A stretch of 37,962 nucleotides of DNA from Gammaproteobacteria bacterium. Lineage in GTDB: Bacteria; Pseudomonadota; Gammaproteobacteria; S012-40. The position numbers and the translations under genes were made by a program. The notes below the pieces were generated by a model. The model searched no databases and had not been told where the DNA came from. It saw nothing but the letters and a program-made list of their open reading frames with translations. Shown here in pieces: positions 8,238-18,404 of this stretch; position 1 is the stretch's first letter; each line of letters begins with the position of its first letter. The DNA lies in contig JANOTC010000277.1 of NCBI GenBank assembly GCA_031416175.1, forward strand, positions 1 to 37,962. The letters run 5' to 3'.

Positions 8238-9571
8238 TAGCGCCCCGTGCTGGTGAGTTTTTTTATAAATACTTTGGAACGGCGTTGATAGTTGTACATG
8301 GCCTGCCTTTCGACGGGCAAGTCGGTCAACGTCGCTTCTTCGAACCCGTGTTCCAAAAACCAATGCGCCGTCCTGGCGGTTAAAACGAATAAGCGTTGAA
8401 CGCCCTTTTTCACTGCGAATTGCTCAGCCATATTCAGTAGAGTTTGTGCCCGCCCTTCGCGACGATAGTCAGGATGCACGGCTAGGCAGGCCAATTCTGC
8501 GACAAAATCTTGCGGAAATGGATAAATTGCGCTGCACGCGATAATCATTCCGTCGCGTTCCATCACCGCAAAATGATCGATTTCCATTTCGAGACGTTCG
8601 CGCGAGCGCCGCACCAAGATCCCGTCGCGTTCTAAAGGCTCGATCAGCTCCAATATCCCCCCGACATCGTCAATGGTGGCACGCCGTAGCGCATCATAAC
8701 GGTCTGCGGTAATTAAGGTGCCAATGCCATTGCGCGTGAACAGTTCAAGCAAAAGTGCGCCGTCACGGTTGCCATCAAAGATATGCGTACGCCGCACGCC
8801 ACCGGCACAGGCTTTCGCTGCGTTGAGCAAATAATGGCGTTGCGTGTCTGATGCCAGCTCGTTAGACACGAGTAATTGTTGCGCTGCACTTAATGTTAGG
8901 TGTGGAAGTAATTCTTGATTTTTAGTCACGCCCGGTTCATTGGTCAGCAATAGCAGTTTATCCGCCTTGAGTTCCGTGGCGATGGCCGTGGCCACATCTT
9001 CAGCCGTTAGATTAAATATTTCTCCGGTCGGCGAATAACCAATCGACGATAACAATACGATTTCGTCGCGATGCAAATGATGGCGAATCGCTTCGGCATC
9101 GACGCGGCGCACTTCGCCCGTGTGGCAATAGTCAATGCCGTTGCGCACACCATACGGCCTGGCCGTTACGAAATTACCACTCGCCGCTCGCAAACGCGCG
9201 CCGGCCATGGGTGAATTAGCCAAGCCCATCGACAACATCGCTTCCACTTCCATGTGAACGCGGCCGATGGCTTCTTTGACTAAGGGGAGCGTTGCGCCAT
9301 CGGTAATACGAATGCCGTTAACGAGGCGACTTGCTATGCCTGCATCGTTAATCCGCGCTTCGATTTGTGGGCGGGCGCCCAATACGAGGCAAAGCTTGAC
9401 CCCGAGGCTGTCCAGAAGCGCGATGTCGTGCACGATGTCGGGAAATTGCGCGCTGGCGATGGTATCGCCTTCGAGCAAAATAACGAACGTGCGTCCCCGG
9501 TGGGCGTTGATATACGGCGACGCATGTCGAAACCAATGGACGAATTGCTCGCCGTCGAACGTCTCCCGCAC
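8237..9571 (-). CDS. argA: Amino-acid N-acetyltransferase (N-acetylglutamate synthase)
   Basis: 444 aa. The N-terminus FVHWFRHASPYINAHRGRTFVILLEG matches the ArgA kinase-like fold start, and the C-terminus looks like a GNAT domain. It has a GTG start with AGGGAGG 7 nt upstream. Confidence 0.9.
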   Translation of the reverse strand: MRETFDGEQFVHWFRHASPYINAHRGRTFVILLEGDTIASAQFPDIVHDIALLDSLGVKLCLVLGARPQIEARINDAGIASRLVNGIRITDGATLPLVKEAIGRVHMEVEAMLSMGLANSPMAGARLRAASGNFVTARPYGVRNGIDYCHTGEVRRVDAEAIRHHLHRDEIVLLSSIGYSPTGEIFNLTAEDVATAIATELKADKLLLLTNEPGVTKNQELLPHLTLSAAQQLLVSNELASDTQRHYLLNAAKACAGGVRRTHIFDGNRDGALLLELFTRNGIGTLITADRYDALRRATIDDVGGILELIEPLERDGILVRRSRERLEMEIDHFAVMERDGMIIACSAIYPFPQDFVAELACLAVHPDYRREGRAQTLLNMAEQFAVKKGVQRLFVLTARTAHWFLEHGFEEATLTDLPVERQAMYNYQRRSKVFIKKLTSTGR

Positions 9572-9634
9572 CTACACGCCTCCCTAAATTCCGAAAAATG
9601 GCCTGATAAAAACCGTCATCCGTCTACATTCCGT

Positions 9635-10540
9635 TTATGGTAGCAAGCTACGCGTCGTTGCGCCTACAATTTTGCCTTGCTCGACAAGCAATGCCAGCAT
9701 GGCCAAAGCGGCGTTGGAAGGCGTTCGGCGGCGATGTTGAATGGCGCCGAGTCGGCGATCCAATTCAAACGAAAGGCCATCGAGGGCGACCACCTGCGTA
9801 TCTAACAGGGTTTCGGGCAACACACTCCAGCCCAGCCCCACGGATACCATCATCTTAATGGTTTCGAGAAAATTCGTAGACATTTTTTCCGATACGCTGA
9901 GCTTCATTTCCTGGAATTTGGCATCAATCAATTCACGCGTGTAACTACCGGCGGGCGGCAAAATCGCCGGGAAGCGTGCTAGATCCGCGATATTGGAAAG
10001 CGTCGATGTTCCAAGGGCGTAATCCACCGCCACAGCAATGCGCAAACGGTCACGCCAGATCGGCGTTGCCACTAATTCGGCGGACGTGTCGTTGGGAAGT
10101 GTCACCAAAGCGAGTTCCAATTCACCGCGCGCTACTTTCGCGCACGCCTGCTCGGAATCGAGGAAACGCAGATCCAAATCCACGCGCGGATAGCGAGCGG
10201 TAAAAATCCGTAGCACAGGCGGAAGCCGATGCAGGCCAATATGGTGGCTCGTCGCCAAGGTCAAACGGCCACCTACGTCGCCACGAAGATTGTCCAAGGC
10301 ACGCAATGCGTCACTGGCTTCCGACAAGATGTGTTGTGCACGCGGCAACAGCGTGTGCCCTGCCTGCGTCAAAATGACTTGCCTCCCAATGCGATCAAAC
10401 AGCCGCTCCCCCAGCTCAGTTTCAAGCTGAGCAACCCGTTTGCTGACCGCCGGTTGGGTGATATGCAATTGTTGGCTGGCGTCCGAAAACGAGCCGTTTC
10501 GAGCGACGGAGACAAACGCTTCAAGTGTCGGAAAATCCAT
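9635..10540 (-). CDS. LysR-family transcriptional regulator (301 aa)
   Basis: MDFPTLEAFVSVARNGSFSDASQQLHITQPAVSKRVAQLE is a canonical LTTR wHTH. The start is taken at ATG 10540 rather than the ORF-track 10594. It is divergent from leuC and co-oriented with argA. Confidence 0.85.
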   Translation of the reverse strand: MDFPTLEAFVSVARNGSFSDASQQLHITQPAVSKRVAQLETELGERLFDRIGRQVILTQAGHTLLPRAQHILSEASDALRALDNLRGDVGGRLTLATSHHIGLHRLPPVLRIFTARYPRVDLDLRFLDSEQACAKVARGELELALVTLPNDTSAELVATPIWRDRLRIAVAVDYALGTSTLSNIADLARFPAILPPAGSYTRELIDAKFQEMKLSVSEKMSTNFLETIKMMVSVGLGWSVLPETLLDTQVVALDGLSFELDRRLGAIQHRRRTPSNAALAMLALLVEQGKIVGATTRSLLP

Positions 10541-10544
10541 AGGT

Positions 10545-10559
10545 ATTCCAAAAAGGAAT
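10545..10559. promoter_or_regulatory. Candidate LTTR binding box (T-N11-A inside the perfect palindrome ATTCC-N5-GGAAT)
   Basis: attccaaaaaggaat lies in the lysR/leuC divergent spacer. It is centred ~64 nt upstream of the TSS predicted from the candidate leuC promoter. Confidence 0.35.
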
Positions 10560-10580
10560 GATGATAATGAAAAATATGAA

Positions 10581-10609
10581 TTTGAGTAATGCATGTCAAG
10601 TGGCTAGAC
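10581..10609 (+). promoter_or_regulatory. Candidate sigma70 promoter for leuCDB
   Basis: TTGAGT (10581-10586), a 17-nt spacer, then TAGACT (10604-10609). This leaves a ~40-nt leader before the leuC ATG. Confidence 0.35.
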
Positions 10610-10652
10610 TCAAATCGTAGTCTTACCCAAACACCTAATTCGGGGATAAATC

Positions 10653-12059
10653 ATGGCTGGAATGACGCTTTACGACAAACTTTGGAACGCCCACGTCGTG
10701 CGCAGCGAAGCCGACGGCACGGCATTGCTTTATATCGACCGTCACTTGGTCCACGAAGTGACTTCGCCACAGGCTTTCGAAGGGATGCGCTTGGCTGGGC
10801 GCAAAGCATTTCGCATCGACACCAATCTTGCCACGCCCGATCATAACGTGCCGACAACAGACCGTAGCGGCGGCGTGACCGATCCCATCGCGCGCCTGCA
10901 AGTGGAGACCTTGGATCAAAACTGCAAAGACTTTGGTATCACTGAATTCAAAATGGACGATGTGCGCCAAGGTATTGTTCATGTGGTTGGCCCTGAACAA
11001 GGTGCCACGCTGCCGGGCATGACGGTCGTCTGCGGAGATTCGCACACAGCGACACACGGTGCATTTGGCGCGCTCGCTTTCGGGATTGGTACGTCAGAAG
11101 TGGAGCACGTTCTGGCGACGCAATGCCTTATTCAGAAAAAAGCCAAGAATTTGTTAGTGAGTGTTGATGGCCAAGTGGGCGCGGGCATCACGGCAAAAGA
11201 CATTGTTTTGGCGATTATCGGTCGAATTGGTACCGCCGGTGGGACAGGTTACACCATCGAATTTGGCGGCGAAGCGATTCAAGCGTTGTCGATAGAAGGT
11301 CGAATGACCGTGTGCAATATGGCCATTGAAGCCGGTGCACGGGCGGGTTTGGTCGGCGTTGACGAAAAGACCATCGCCTATGTACGTGGTCGACCTTTCG
11401 CGCCACGTCAAGATTTGTGGGAACAAGCGGTCACTGCGTGGCGCGTTTATCGCAGCGACGCAGACGCCAATTTTGACCAAGTCGTGCGACTCAATGCCGC
11501 CGACATTCTGCCGCAGGTAACGTGGGGTACCTCACCTGAAATGGTCGTCAGTGTTGACCAGTGTGTGCCGGACCCCGATGCCATTGCTGATGCCGTCAAG
11601 CGTGACGGGATGAAAGCGGCGCTGAAATATATGGGTTTACAGGCCAATACGCCTATGTCGTCCATTGCCGTAGACAAAGTGTTTATCGGTTCCTGTACCA
11701 ATTCGCGCATCGAAGATTTACGTGCGGCCTCGGTGGTCGCAAAGGGGCGCAAAGTAGCGGCCAACGTAAAATTAGCGATGGTGGTACCCGGTTCGGGTTT
11801 GGTGAAGTTGCAGGCGGAAAAGGAAGGCTTGGACAAGATATTTCTTGAGGCGGGTTTCGAATGGCGCGATCCCGGTTGTTCAATGTGCTTGGCGATGAAC
11901 GCTGATCGACTGGAGCCGGGCGAGCGGTGCGCCTCCACCTCAAATCGCAATTTTGAAGGCCGACAAGGGCCGGGTGGGCGCACCCATTTGGTTAGCCCGG
12001 CGATGGCAGCCGCAGCGGCCGTATTCGGCCATTTTGTTGATGTACGTACTCTGAGTTAG
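10653..12059 (+). CDS. leuC: 3-isopropylmalate dehydratase large subunit
   Basis: [16 protein letters not shown] is a LeuC-type N-terminus. Fe-S cysteine contexts [11 protein letters not shown] and GCSMCLAMN are present. Confidence 0.95.
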   Translation: MAGMTLYDKLWNAHVVRSEADGTALLYIDRHLVHEVTSPQAFEGMRLAGRKAFRIDTNLATPDHNVPTTDRSGGVTDPIARLQVETLDQNCKDFGITEFKMDDVRQGIVHVVGPEQGATLPGMTVVCGDSHTATHGAFGALAFGIGTSEVEHVLATQCLIQKKAKNLLVSVDGQVGAGITAKDIVLAIIGRIGTAGGTGYTIEFGGEAIQALSIEGRMTVCNMAIEAGARAGLVGVDEKTIAYVRGRPFAPRQDLWEQAVTAWRVYRSDADANFDQVVRLNAADILPQVTWGTSPEMVVSVDQCVPDPDAIADAVKRDGMKAALKYMGLQANTPMSSIAVDKVFIGSCTNSRIEDLRAASVVAKGRKVAANVKLAMVVPGSGLVKLQAEKEGLDKIFLEAGFEWRDPGCSMCLAMNADRLEPGERCASTSNRNFEGRQGPGGRTHLVSPAMAAAAAVFGHFVDVRTLS

Positions 12060-12069
12060 GAGAGAAACA

Positions 12070-12711
12070 ATGGATGCTTTCACCACGTTAACCGGCCTTG
12101 TTGCGCCGCTAGATCGCGCTAATGTCGATACAGACGCGATCATTCCAAAGCAATTTTTGAAGTCAATAAAACGGAGCGGATTTGGCCCGAATCTGTTCGA
12201 CGAATGGCGCTATTTGGATCGCGGTGAACCTGGGCGCGACAATAGCCAGCGACCCCTAAATCCTGAGTTCGTTTTAAACCAAACGCGCTATCGGGGTGCA
12301 AGCATATTGTTAGCGCGCGCCAATTTTGGTTGCGGGTCTAGCCGCGAACATGCGCCGTGGGCGTTGGCGGATTTTGGTTTTCGCGCAATTATTGCGCCTA
12401 GTTTTGCCGACATTTTCTATAATAACTGTTTCAAAAATGCTATTCTCCCGATCGTTTTAGATGGAGCAATCATTGAACGTTTGTTTCGCGAAGCAGAGGT
12501 TACGGTAGGGTATTCCCTGGCAGTCAATTTGGACGCGCAATCCGTCACGACGCCGGGTGGCGAGGTGTTTGGCTTCCAGGTCGATTCCTTCCGTAAGCAC
12601 TGTTTAATGAAAGGCCTGGACGATATCGGACTAACGCTCCAGCATACCGATGAAATTAGGGCCTACGAGAAACGTCGACGCAGTGAAGCTCCTTGGTTGT
12701 TCGTGAATTAG
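12070..12711 (+). CDS. leuD: 3-isopropylmalate dehydratase small subunit
   Basis: 213 aa following leu[16 protein letters not shown] is the aconitase swivel-domain signature. Confidence 0.95.
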   Translation: MDAFTTLTGLVAPLDRANVDTDAIIPKQFLKSIKRSGFGPNLFDEWRYLDRGEPGRDNSQRPLNPEFVLNQTRYRGASILLARANFGCGSSREHAPWALADFGFRAIIAPSFADIFYNNCFKNAILPIVLDGAIIERLFREAEVTVGYSLAVNLDAQSVTTPGGEVFGFQVDSFRKHCLMKGLDDIGLTLQHTDEIRAYEKRRRSEAPWLFVN

Positions 12712-12737
12712 CGCGGCGGAAATTTAAGGTGGGGTAG

Positions 12738-13841
12738 ATGACGAGGAAGATCGCAGTATTACCTGGCGACGGCATCGGGCCGGAGATCGTAGCGGAAGCG
12801 GTAAAAGTTTTAGCGTGTTTGCGCCGTGATTTCGACTTTAAGGTCGAAACCGAGGAAGCGCTCATCGGTGGCGCTGCCATAGACGCCCATGGCGTGCCCT
12901 TGCCAGAATCCACACTGGCACTGGCAAAGCAAGCGGATGCCATCTTGTTAGGTGCAGTGGGCGGTCCAAAATGGGATAAAGTCGCGACAGCCAATCGGCC
13001 TGAACGCGGCTTACTGGGTCTGCGCGCAAATCTAGATTTATTCGCTAATTTGCGGCCAGCGATTATGTATCCGCAGCTTGTGAATGCGTCAGCCTTAAAG
13101 CCAGAAGTGGTAGCCGGTCTCGACATCATGATCGTGCGCGAGCTTACGGGTGGAATGTATTTCGGTACGCCACGCGGCATCAGAATCTTAGAAAACGGCG
13201 AACGACAGGGTTACAACACCTTGGTGTACACCGAGTCGGAAATTCGTCGAATTGGTCGCGTCGGTTTTGAAACCGCCCGAGCGCGCAACAAGCGTTTGTG
13301 TTCAGTGGATAAAGCCAATGTTCTGGAATGTACCGAACTGTGGCGCCAAGTCATGCAAGACGTATCCGCCGAGTATCCTGACGTTCAGCTCAGTCACATG
13401 TACGTAGATAATGCGGCGATGCAATTGGTGCGTTGGCCGAAGCAATTTGACGTAATCGTCACTGAGAATATGTTTGGCGATATCCTTTCCGATTGTGCCG
13501 CCGCCTTAACGGGCTCGATTGGCATGCTGCCGTCTGCGTCGCTGGATAGCAATCGAAAAGGCATGTACGAACCGATTCACGGATCGGCGCCGGATATCGC
13601 GGGCAAGAGTATCGCCAACCCCATCGCCACCGTATTGTCCGTGGCAATGATGTTGCGTTACACCTTGGGCGAACCCGCGTTGGCAGATCGAATTGAAAGC
13701 GGCATCAATCAAGTTCTTGAGGATGGCTTGCGGACTGCCGACATATATACCGATGGCACCCGCAAAGTTGGCACAGCGGAAATGGGCGACGCGATTGTGG
13801 CGGCCATAAAACGTGGGGTTAAGCCGGGCGGGCTATCATAA
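12738..13841 (+). CDS. leuB: 3-isopropylmalate dehydrogenase
   Basis: [13 protein letters not shown] and NMFGDILSD motifs are present, and it sits in leuCDB order. Confidence 0.95.
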   Translation: MTRKIAVLPGDGIGPEIVAEAVKVLACLRRDFDFKVETEEALIGGAAIDAHGVPLPESTLALAKQADAILLGAVGGPKWDKVATANRPERGLLGLRANLDLFANLRPAIMYPQLVNASALKPEVVAGLDIMIVRELTGGMYFGTPRGIRILENGERQGYNTLVYTESEIRRIGRVGFETARARNKRLCSVDKANVLECTELWRQVMQDVSAEYPDVQLSHMYVDNAAMQLVRWPKQFDVIVTENMFGDILSDCAAALTGSIGMLPSASLDSNRKGMYEPIHGSAPDIAGKSIANPIATVLSVAMMLRYTLGEPALADRIESGINQVLEDGLRTADIYTDGTRKVGTAEMGDAIVAAIKRGVKPGGLS

Positions 13842-13932
13842 ATTTGTGCGTTGGCGATATCGCACGCGTTGAATTGAGATTTGTCGGCGTAATTTGCCGG
13901 TAAACACTGCATGAATTAGGAAAGAGCAAAGA

Positions 13933-14955
13933 ATGGAAAAGTTGTTTGATGTGTGTGTTTTGGGTGCTACCGGTGTAGTCGGTGACACAATGCTTTCCAT
14001 ATTGGAAGAGCGTAATTTCCCTGTCGGAAATGTGTATCCTCTCGCGAGCAGTCGCTCGGCGGGCACCAAAATTAAGTTCCGTGGCAAATATATCTCGGTA
14101 TTGGATGTTGCCACGTTTGATTTCTCGAAAGCGCAAATTGGCCTTTTTTCAGCCGGTGCGTCTGTCTCGAAGGAATATGCGCCGAAAGCGGCCGCCGCAG
14201 GCTGCGTGGTGATCGACAACACGTCTGAGTTTCGTTATGACGACGATATCCCGCTCGTAGTGCCTGAAGTGAATCCGCATGCGATTGCGCGCTATAAAAC
14301 GCGCGGCATTATCGCTAACCCGAATTGCTCGACCATCCAAATGTTGGTGGCGCTCAAGCCTATTTATGATGCCGTGGGTATCACGCGTATCAACGTCGCG
14401 ACCTACCAATCGGTGTCCGGAACGGGCAAGGAAGCGGTCGAAGAATTAGCCAAACAAGCGGCTGCGTTATTGAATTTAAAGGATATAACGCCCGAGGTTT
14501 ATCCTAAGCAAATCGCCTTTAACGTATTGCCACAAATCGACGTTTTCATGGATAACGGCTATACCAAAGAAGAAATGAAAATGGCGTGGGAAACACGCAA
14601 GATTTTTGAAGATGACGTCATTACCGTGAACGCCACCGCTGTTCGCGTCCCCGTTTTCTTTGGTCACTCCGAAGCCGTTCACATTGAGACCCGAGACAAG
14701 ATTACAACTTTAATGGCGCGCGAATTATTGGAAAACGCACCGGGTGTTGTCCTCATGGACACGCATGAAGCGGGTGGTTACCCCACAGCAGTTACGGAAG
14801 CGGCCGGCCGAGATCCGGTGTTTGTCGGGCGTATCCGCGAGGACATCTCCCACCCAAGAGGTTTAAATCTTTGGGTTGTAGCCGATAACGTTCGCAAAGG
14901 GGCAGCGCTGAATAGTGTTCAGATTGCAGAAATATTGATTGATAAGTATTTGTAG
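13933..14955 (+). CDS. asd: Aspartate-semialdehyde dehydrogenase (short ~340-aa form)
   Basis: VLGATGVVG is the Rossmann motif. The active-site Cys context ANPNCSTIQ and His context FFGHSEAV are present. These distinguish it from USG-1 paralogues, which lack the NCST cysteine. Confidence 0.9.
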   Translation: MEKLFDVCVLGATGVVGDTMLSILEERNFPVGNVYPLASSRSAGTKIKFRGKYISVLDVATFDFSKAQIGLFSAGASVSKEYAPKAAAAGCVVIDNTSEFRYDDDIPLVVPEVNPHAIARYKTRGIIANPNCSTIQMLVALKPIYDAVGITRINVATYQSVSGTGKEAVEELAKQAAALLNLKDITPEVYPKQIAFNVLPQIDVFMDNGYTKEEMKMAWETRKIFEDDVITVNATAVRVPVFFGHSEAVHIETRDKITTLMARELLENAPGVVLMDTHEAGGYPTAVTEAAGRDPVFVGRIREDISHPRGLNLWVVADNVRKGAALNSVQIAEILIDKYL

Positions 14956-15010
14956 CGGCAGTCTACGGAAGTAGTTTCGAAATTCGGCCAATTGACGGCG
15001 AAGGGTGACA

Positions 15011-17656
15011 ATGCAGAGGTCGGTGCCTAAATTGAAGACCAAAGGATGGTTGGCAGCAACAGTAACGGGTTTAGCCCTGTTCTGTAGCGCGGTGCCTGGC
15101 GTATCGTTTGCGCTGGGAATAGGTACGATTAACGTCAAATCGGCACTCAACCAGCCGTTAGACGCCGAAATCGATTTGCTCGGCGTTGCCCCAGAGGATC
15201 TGGAAGGATTGGTCGTCGCCTCGGCTTCTCAGGGTGTATACGAGCGCATGGGTATGGAGCTGACGCCGCTGATTCAGCGGCTTCAGTTTCAAGTCGTTGA
15301 ACGTAATGGCTCACACTTTGTTATCCAAGTTAACTCCCCTGAACCTATTCGTGACCCGTTTCTAAGTTTCTTGATTGAGGTTAATTGGCGCAATGGCCGC
15401 GTGTTGCGTGAATTCACGTTGTTGCTCGATCCGCCTAGTCTAACTGACGAAAGATCTGCCCCTGTTGAAATGGCAGGTACTGCGCCACCGCCTGAATTTA
15501 CGGTGGGTGCGGCGCCATCTGAGGGTGCCCCATCGGTTGCTCAACTGGAAACACCGGCCGATTTAAACGCCTTAGTGCCATTGCCGGAAACGCAGCCAGA
15601 AGTCGCACTTGAACCGCCCGTTCCTCTTGCCGAAACGCCGCTGTTGGCCGCTGAAGAGTCGCTAGCGGAACTAACCGCTGAGCCAGTGCGGGAAGTGGTA
15701 AGTGATTCAGGTGAGAACGGGCGTTCAGGGTCAACTGCCCCCGGCCAATATCAGATCGGCCCAGTAAAGGGTGGAGCGCGTCTTTGGAATTTGGCCGACA
15801 AAGCCAAGCCTAGCGGCGTTACGGTCGAGCAAATGATGCTCGCCTACTTGCGCGATAACCCGCAAGCGTTTTTTGGCAATAATGTCAGCATGCTGAAGGA
15901 AGGCGCCGTTCTTCGAATTGAAGACAGTGATCGTATTACCGATGTTGATACGTCGGCTGCCATCGCAGAAATTGCAAAGCAGCACAGTGGTTGGCTCGAT
16001 TTCGTCCGTAAACGCCAAGGGCAAACCAGCCCCGTTGCGGCGGCTTCGTTGAAACCGCTTGTAGGTAAGAGCAAGCGTTCGGCTAAGAATGCGGAGGGTT
16101 CAAGTTCTGAGGCTGTGTTGGCTAAAGAAAAGGCGCTTTTGGAATTGCTCACGCCGTCGGATTCTGCAAGCAGCAAGCCCAAAGCAGGGGTGGCCGGAAA
16201 CACGAAGCGTGAACTGGATCGGGCTAAGGACGAGCTAGCGCTGTCGACGGAGGCGGTCGAAGCGGCACGTAAGGAAAACACAGAACTTAAAGGACGTATT
16301 GGATCTCTGGAAGATCAAATGTCGTCTATGCAAAACTTGCTGGTTCTCAAAGATCAGGAAATGCAGTCGGTTCAGGGCGGTATACCAGGAGACTCTGACG
16401 CTGCCGGGAAACTTGAGCAGATTCCGGGTGCGGAACTGGATATTTCGTCTTCTTCGGTGGTTCCCTCAGCGTCGACGGCTGACGAAAAAGTGTCTGTCGT
16501 GGCTAAGCCCGCCCCTGGATTTTTCGGCGACCGGCTGACTATCGCGACCGTCATAGGCGCGGTAATTCTGGTGTTCCTGGTCATATTCCTTGTGATGCGT
16601 TCGCGCCGCAAGGCGTCCAAAGCGGCGGTGACTGAAGCGTTTGACAGTCCAAATTTTGAAGATGAATACGGCGATCGCATTGAAGACGGTGTAGAAATTG
16701 TTGAACCTAACGGCAGCAAGTTTACCCTCCGCTCGCGCTCGCGTGGTCCGGACTTGGCGCCCTTGACCAATTTAAGCCAACCCAGCACAAACAATATACT
16801 AGCGATGGAACCGGGTGAAATTGATCCGGTATCGGAAGCGGAAGTCTACTTGGCCTATGGTAAGCATGACAAAGCGGAAGAAGTGGTGCGATCGTCGATC
16901 AAGAGAGAGCCTGAAAGTGCGCAACTCCGCTTAAAATTGTTGGAAATATTGTATCAACGGCGTGACCAAAAGCGCTTTCTTGATTCCGCAGAAGAAGTTT
17001 ACGCAGCGTTGGGCGATGTGGATGAGGTGTGGAGCAAAGTCGCGAATTGGGGCCAAGAACTCTGCCCTGGCAATCCGCTCTTTAGCCAACCTACAAGTAG
17101 ACCGTCTCGACCAGATAACGCCTCCCGTTTGAATATCGACTCTGAATCTCCGTTTCCCATGGATGAAGATACTCGGCCAGCCGTAGACGATGCGCGCATT
17201 TGGTCCGCTGAGCGGGTCAATAAGCCTATATCGGCGCCCGTGTCCGCCGTAGAGTGGTCGTCTCCAAGTTCGGAGGCGCGCTCTGATATTAAGTTGAAAT
17301 ACGCCGAATCATTGGCCGCTACCACCGAAAACGAGTTGAAGCGTGCGCAAGAAGAAGCGTTGGAAGAGCTAGCGGCTTCTTTCGTCGAAGAACGCCAGAA
17401 AGTACGCAATATTGACCAAGTTGCACAAGTTAGCGTGTCAGTCCCTGTTGGGGCAGTGAAGGCGGTTGGGTCGGGCGGTGGTCGCGGCGACTATTTTTTG
17501 TTGGCAAATCAAGTGGATACTAAGCTTGATTTAGCGCGAGCTTACTTGGATATGGGCGATAAAGACGGTAGTCGCGAACTGCTGATGGAAGTTGTCGCTG
17601 AGGGCGATAGTCGTCAGAAGGACGAAGCGCGTCGATTAATGGACGCCGTGGCCTAG
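15011..17656 (+). CDS. fimV: FimV/HubP-family peptidoglycan-binding (LysM) scaffold protein
   Basis: It has a signal/anchor and then ALGIGTINVKSALNQPLDAEIDLL (FimV N-terminal signature). A LysM-like segment (YQIGPVKGGARLWNLA...) and a single TM (LTIATVIGAVILVFLVIFLVM) follow. The C-terminal motif is DTKLDLARAYLDMGDKDGSRELLMEV. The start is either ATG 15011 or GTG 15005. Confidence 0.85.
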   Translation: MQRSVPKLKTKGWLAATVTGLALFCSAVPGVSFALGIGTINVKSALNQPLDAEIDLLGVAPEDLEGLVVASASQGVYERMGMELTPLIQRLQFQVVERNGSHFVIQVNSPEPIRDPFLSFLIEVNWRNGRVLREFTLLLDPPSLTDERSAPVEMAGTAPPPEFTVGAAPSEGAPSVAQLETPADLNALVPLPETQPEVALEPPVPLAETPLLAAEESLAELTAEPVREVVSDSGENGRSGSTAPGQYQIGPVKGGARLWNLADKAKPSGVTVEQMMLAYLRDNPQAFFGNNVSMLKEGAVLRIEDSDRITDVDTSAAIAEIAKQHSGWLDFVRKRQGQTSPVAAASLKPLVGKSKRSAKNAEGSSSEAVLAKEKALLELLTPSDSASSKPKAGVAGNTKRELDRAKDELALSTEAVEAARKENTELKGRIGSLEDQMSSMQNLLVLKDQEMQSVQGGIPGDSDAAGKLEQIPGAELDISSSSVVPSASTADEKVSVVAKPAPGFFGDRLTIATVIGAVILVFLVIFLVMRSRRKASKAAVTEAFDSPNFEDEYGDRIEDGVEIVEPNGSKFTLRSRSRGPDLAPLTNLSQPSTNNILAMEPGEIDPVSEAEVYLAYGKHDKAEEVVRSSIKREPESAQLRLKLLEILYQRRDQKRFLDSAEEVYAALGDVDEVWSKVANWGQELCPGNPLFSQPTSRPSRPDNASRLNIDSESPFPMDEDTRPAVDDARIWSAERVNKPISAPVSAVEWSSPSSEARSDIKLKYAESLAATTENELKRAQEEALEELAASFVEERQKVRNIDQVAQVSVSVPVGAVKAVGSGGGRGDYFLLANQVDTKLDLARAYLDMGDKDGSRELLMEVVAEGDSRQKDEARRLMDAVA

Positions 17657-17699
17657 TTTTTTTCGAACAGCACTTTTAAGGCACTGTGCTTCCGCCGCC

Positions 17700-18404
17700 T
17701 TGGTCAGCATAGTGCCTAGTGTCGATCCACTGATTCGTATTGTCTGCTTAATTGCGTTTAGCGTTTGCGTAACCGTTTTTGCGGGTTACGCCGACCTAGG
17801 TCTAGCACTCTTCCTAATTATTTCCGCGTGGGTTGTTCGCCAAAGGGGGCCAAGTTCTGCGGCTTGGCACCTGCTGCGGCGAGCGAAATGGCTTTTCATT
17901 TCCTTGGCCGTTGTCTATCTTGCGTTTGTTCCTGGCACCCCGGTTTTCTTTGGCGACACGCTGGGAACGCCGAGCGTCGAGGGTGCGCAGCAGGCGCTGT
18001 TGCGCATGGGTATGTTGGTAGCGCTCATTTTCGCCGTCGATATTGCCCTGTTGGGCTTGCCTCCTGAGCAGGTGCTCGCCGCGTTCTATCGCTTGCTGAA
18101 GCCACTAGGTGCAATCGGGTTTTCGCCCGAGAAAGTGGCCGTGCGCGGTTGGCTTACCTTGCATTACGCAACGACATCGGTAACGCAAGTAGTTGAATCC
18201 AAACCGCCTGCACAGGTAAACTCCCCGCGCGTTCATCTTAGTCAGGGTGTTAATAGGGCGGCTGAATTGGTAAACCTGGCGCTAACAACGAAACCCGATC
18301 ATTTGTCCCCAATACGTATTGAGCTGGGTGCGCCTACACCCTGGTGGCAATGGGCGCTTCCGATTGGGGTGATTATTCTCTTTGGCTGGATTAGCAGGAT
18401 ATGA
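17700..18404 (+). CDS. Polytopic membrane protein, EcfT/CbiQ-like (family assignment tentative)
   Basis: There are ~5 hydrophobic helices. The segment TPSVEGAQQALLRMGMLVALIF...LLKPLGAIGFSPEKVAVRG resembles the conserved core of ECF-transporter T components. There is no in-frame ATG near the start (TTG 17700 or GTG 17712). The stop overlaps the truA ATG (ATGA at 18401-18404). Confidence 0.6.
   Translation: MVSIVPSVDPLIRIVCLIAFSVCVTVFAGYADLGLALFLIISAWVVRQRGPSSAAWHLLRRAKWLFISLAVVYLAFVPGTPVFFGDTLGTPSVEGAQQALLRMGMLVALIFAVDIALLGLPPEQVLAAFYRLLKPLGAIGFSPEKVAVRGWLTLHYATTSVTQVVESKPPAQVNSPRVHLSQGVNRAAELVNLALTTKPDHLSPIRIELGAPTPWWQWALPIGVIILFGWISRI

Noticed and set aside
8238-8363. N-terminal 42-codon extension of the large minus-strand ORF (ORF-track start 8363)
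   Set aside because: It would overlap argA by 127 nt and place a basic, non-signal sequence before a perfect signal peptide. ATG 8237 with the TAATG overlap is the more parsimonious start.
10541-10594. Upstream extensions of the LysR ORF (to 10594) and, similarly, of nusA (30568-30624)
   Set aside because: The extensions (MHYSNSYFSLSSFLFGIP and [19 protein letters not shown]) precede the canonical family N-termini (MDFPTLEAF..., [12 protein letters not shown]...). The nusA extension also overlaps the rimP 3' end.
11447-13180. Long antisense ORFs inside leuC (11447-11983, 178 aa) and leuD/leuB (12656-13180, 174 aa)
   Set aside because: They lie opposite highly conserved genes, are Arg/Ser/Pro/Ala-rich as expected for antisense frames of GC-biased codons, and have no motifs. 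The same reasoning applies to 22139-22654 (accD) and 33858-34346 (infB).
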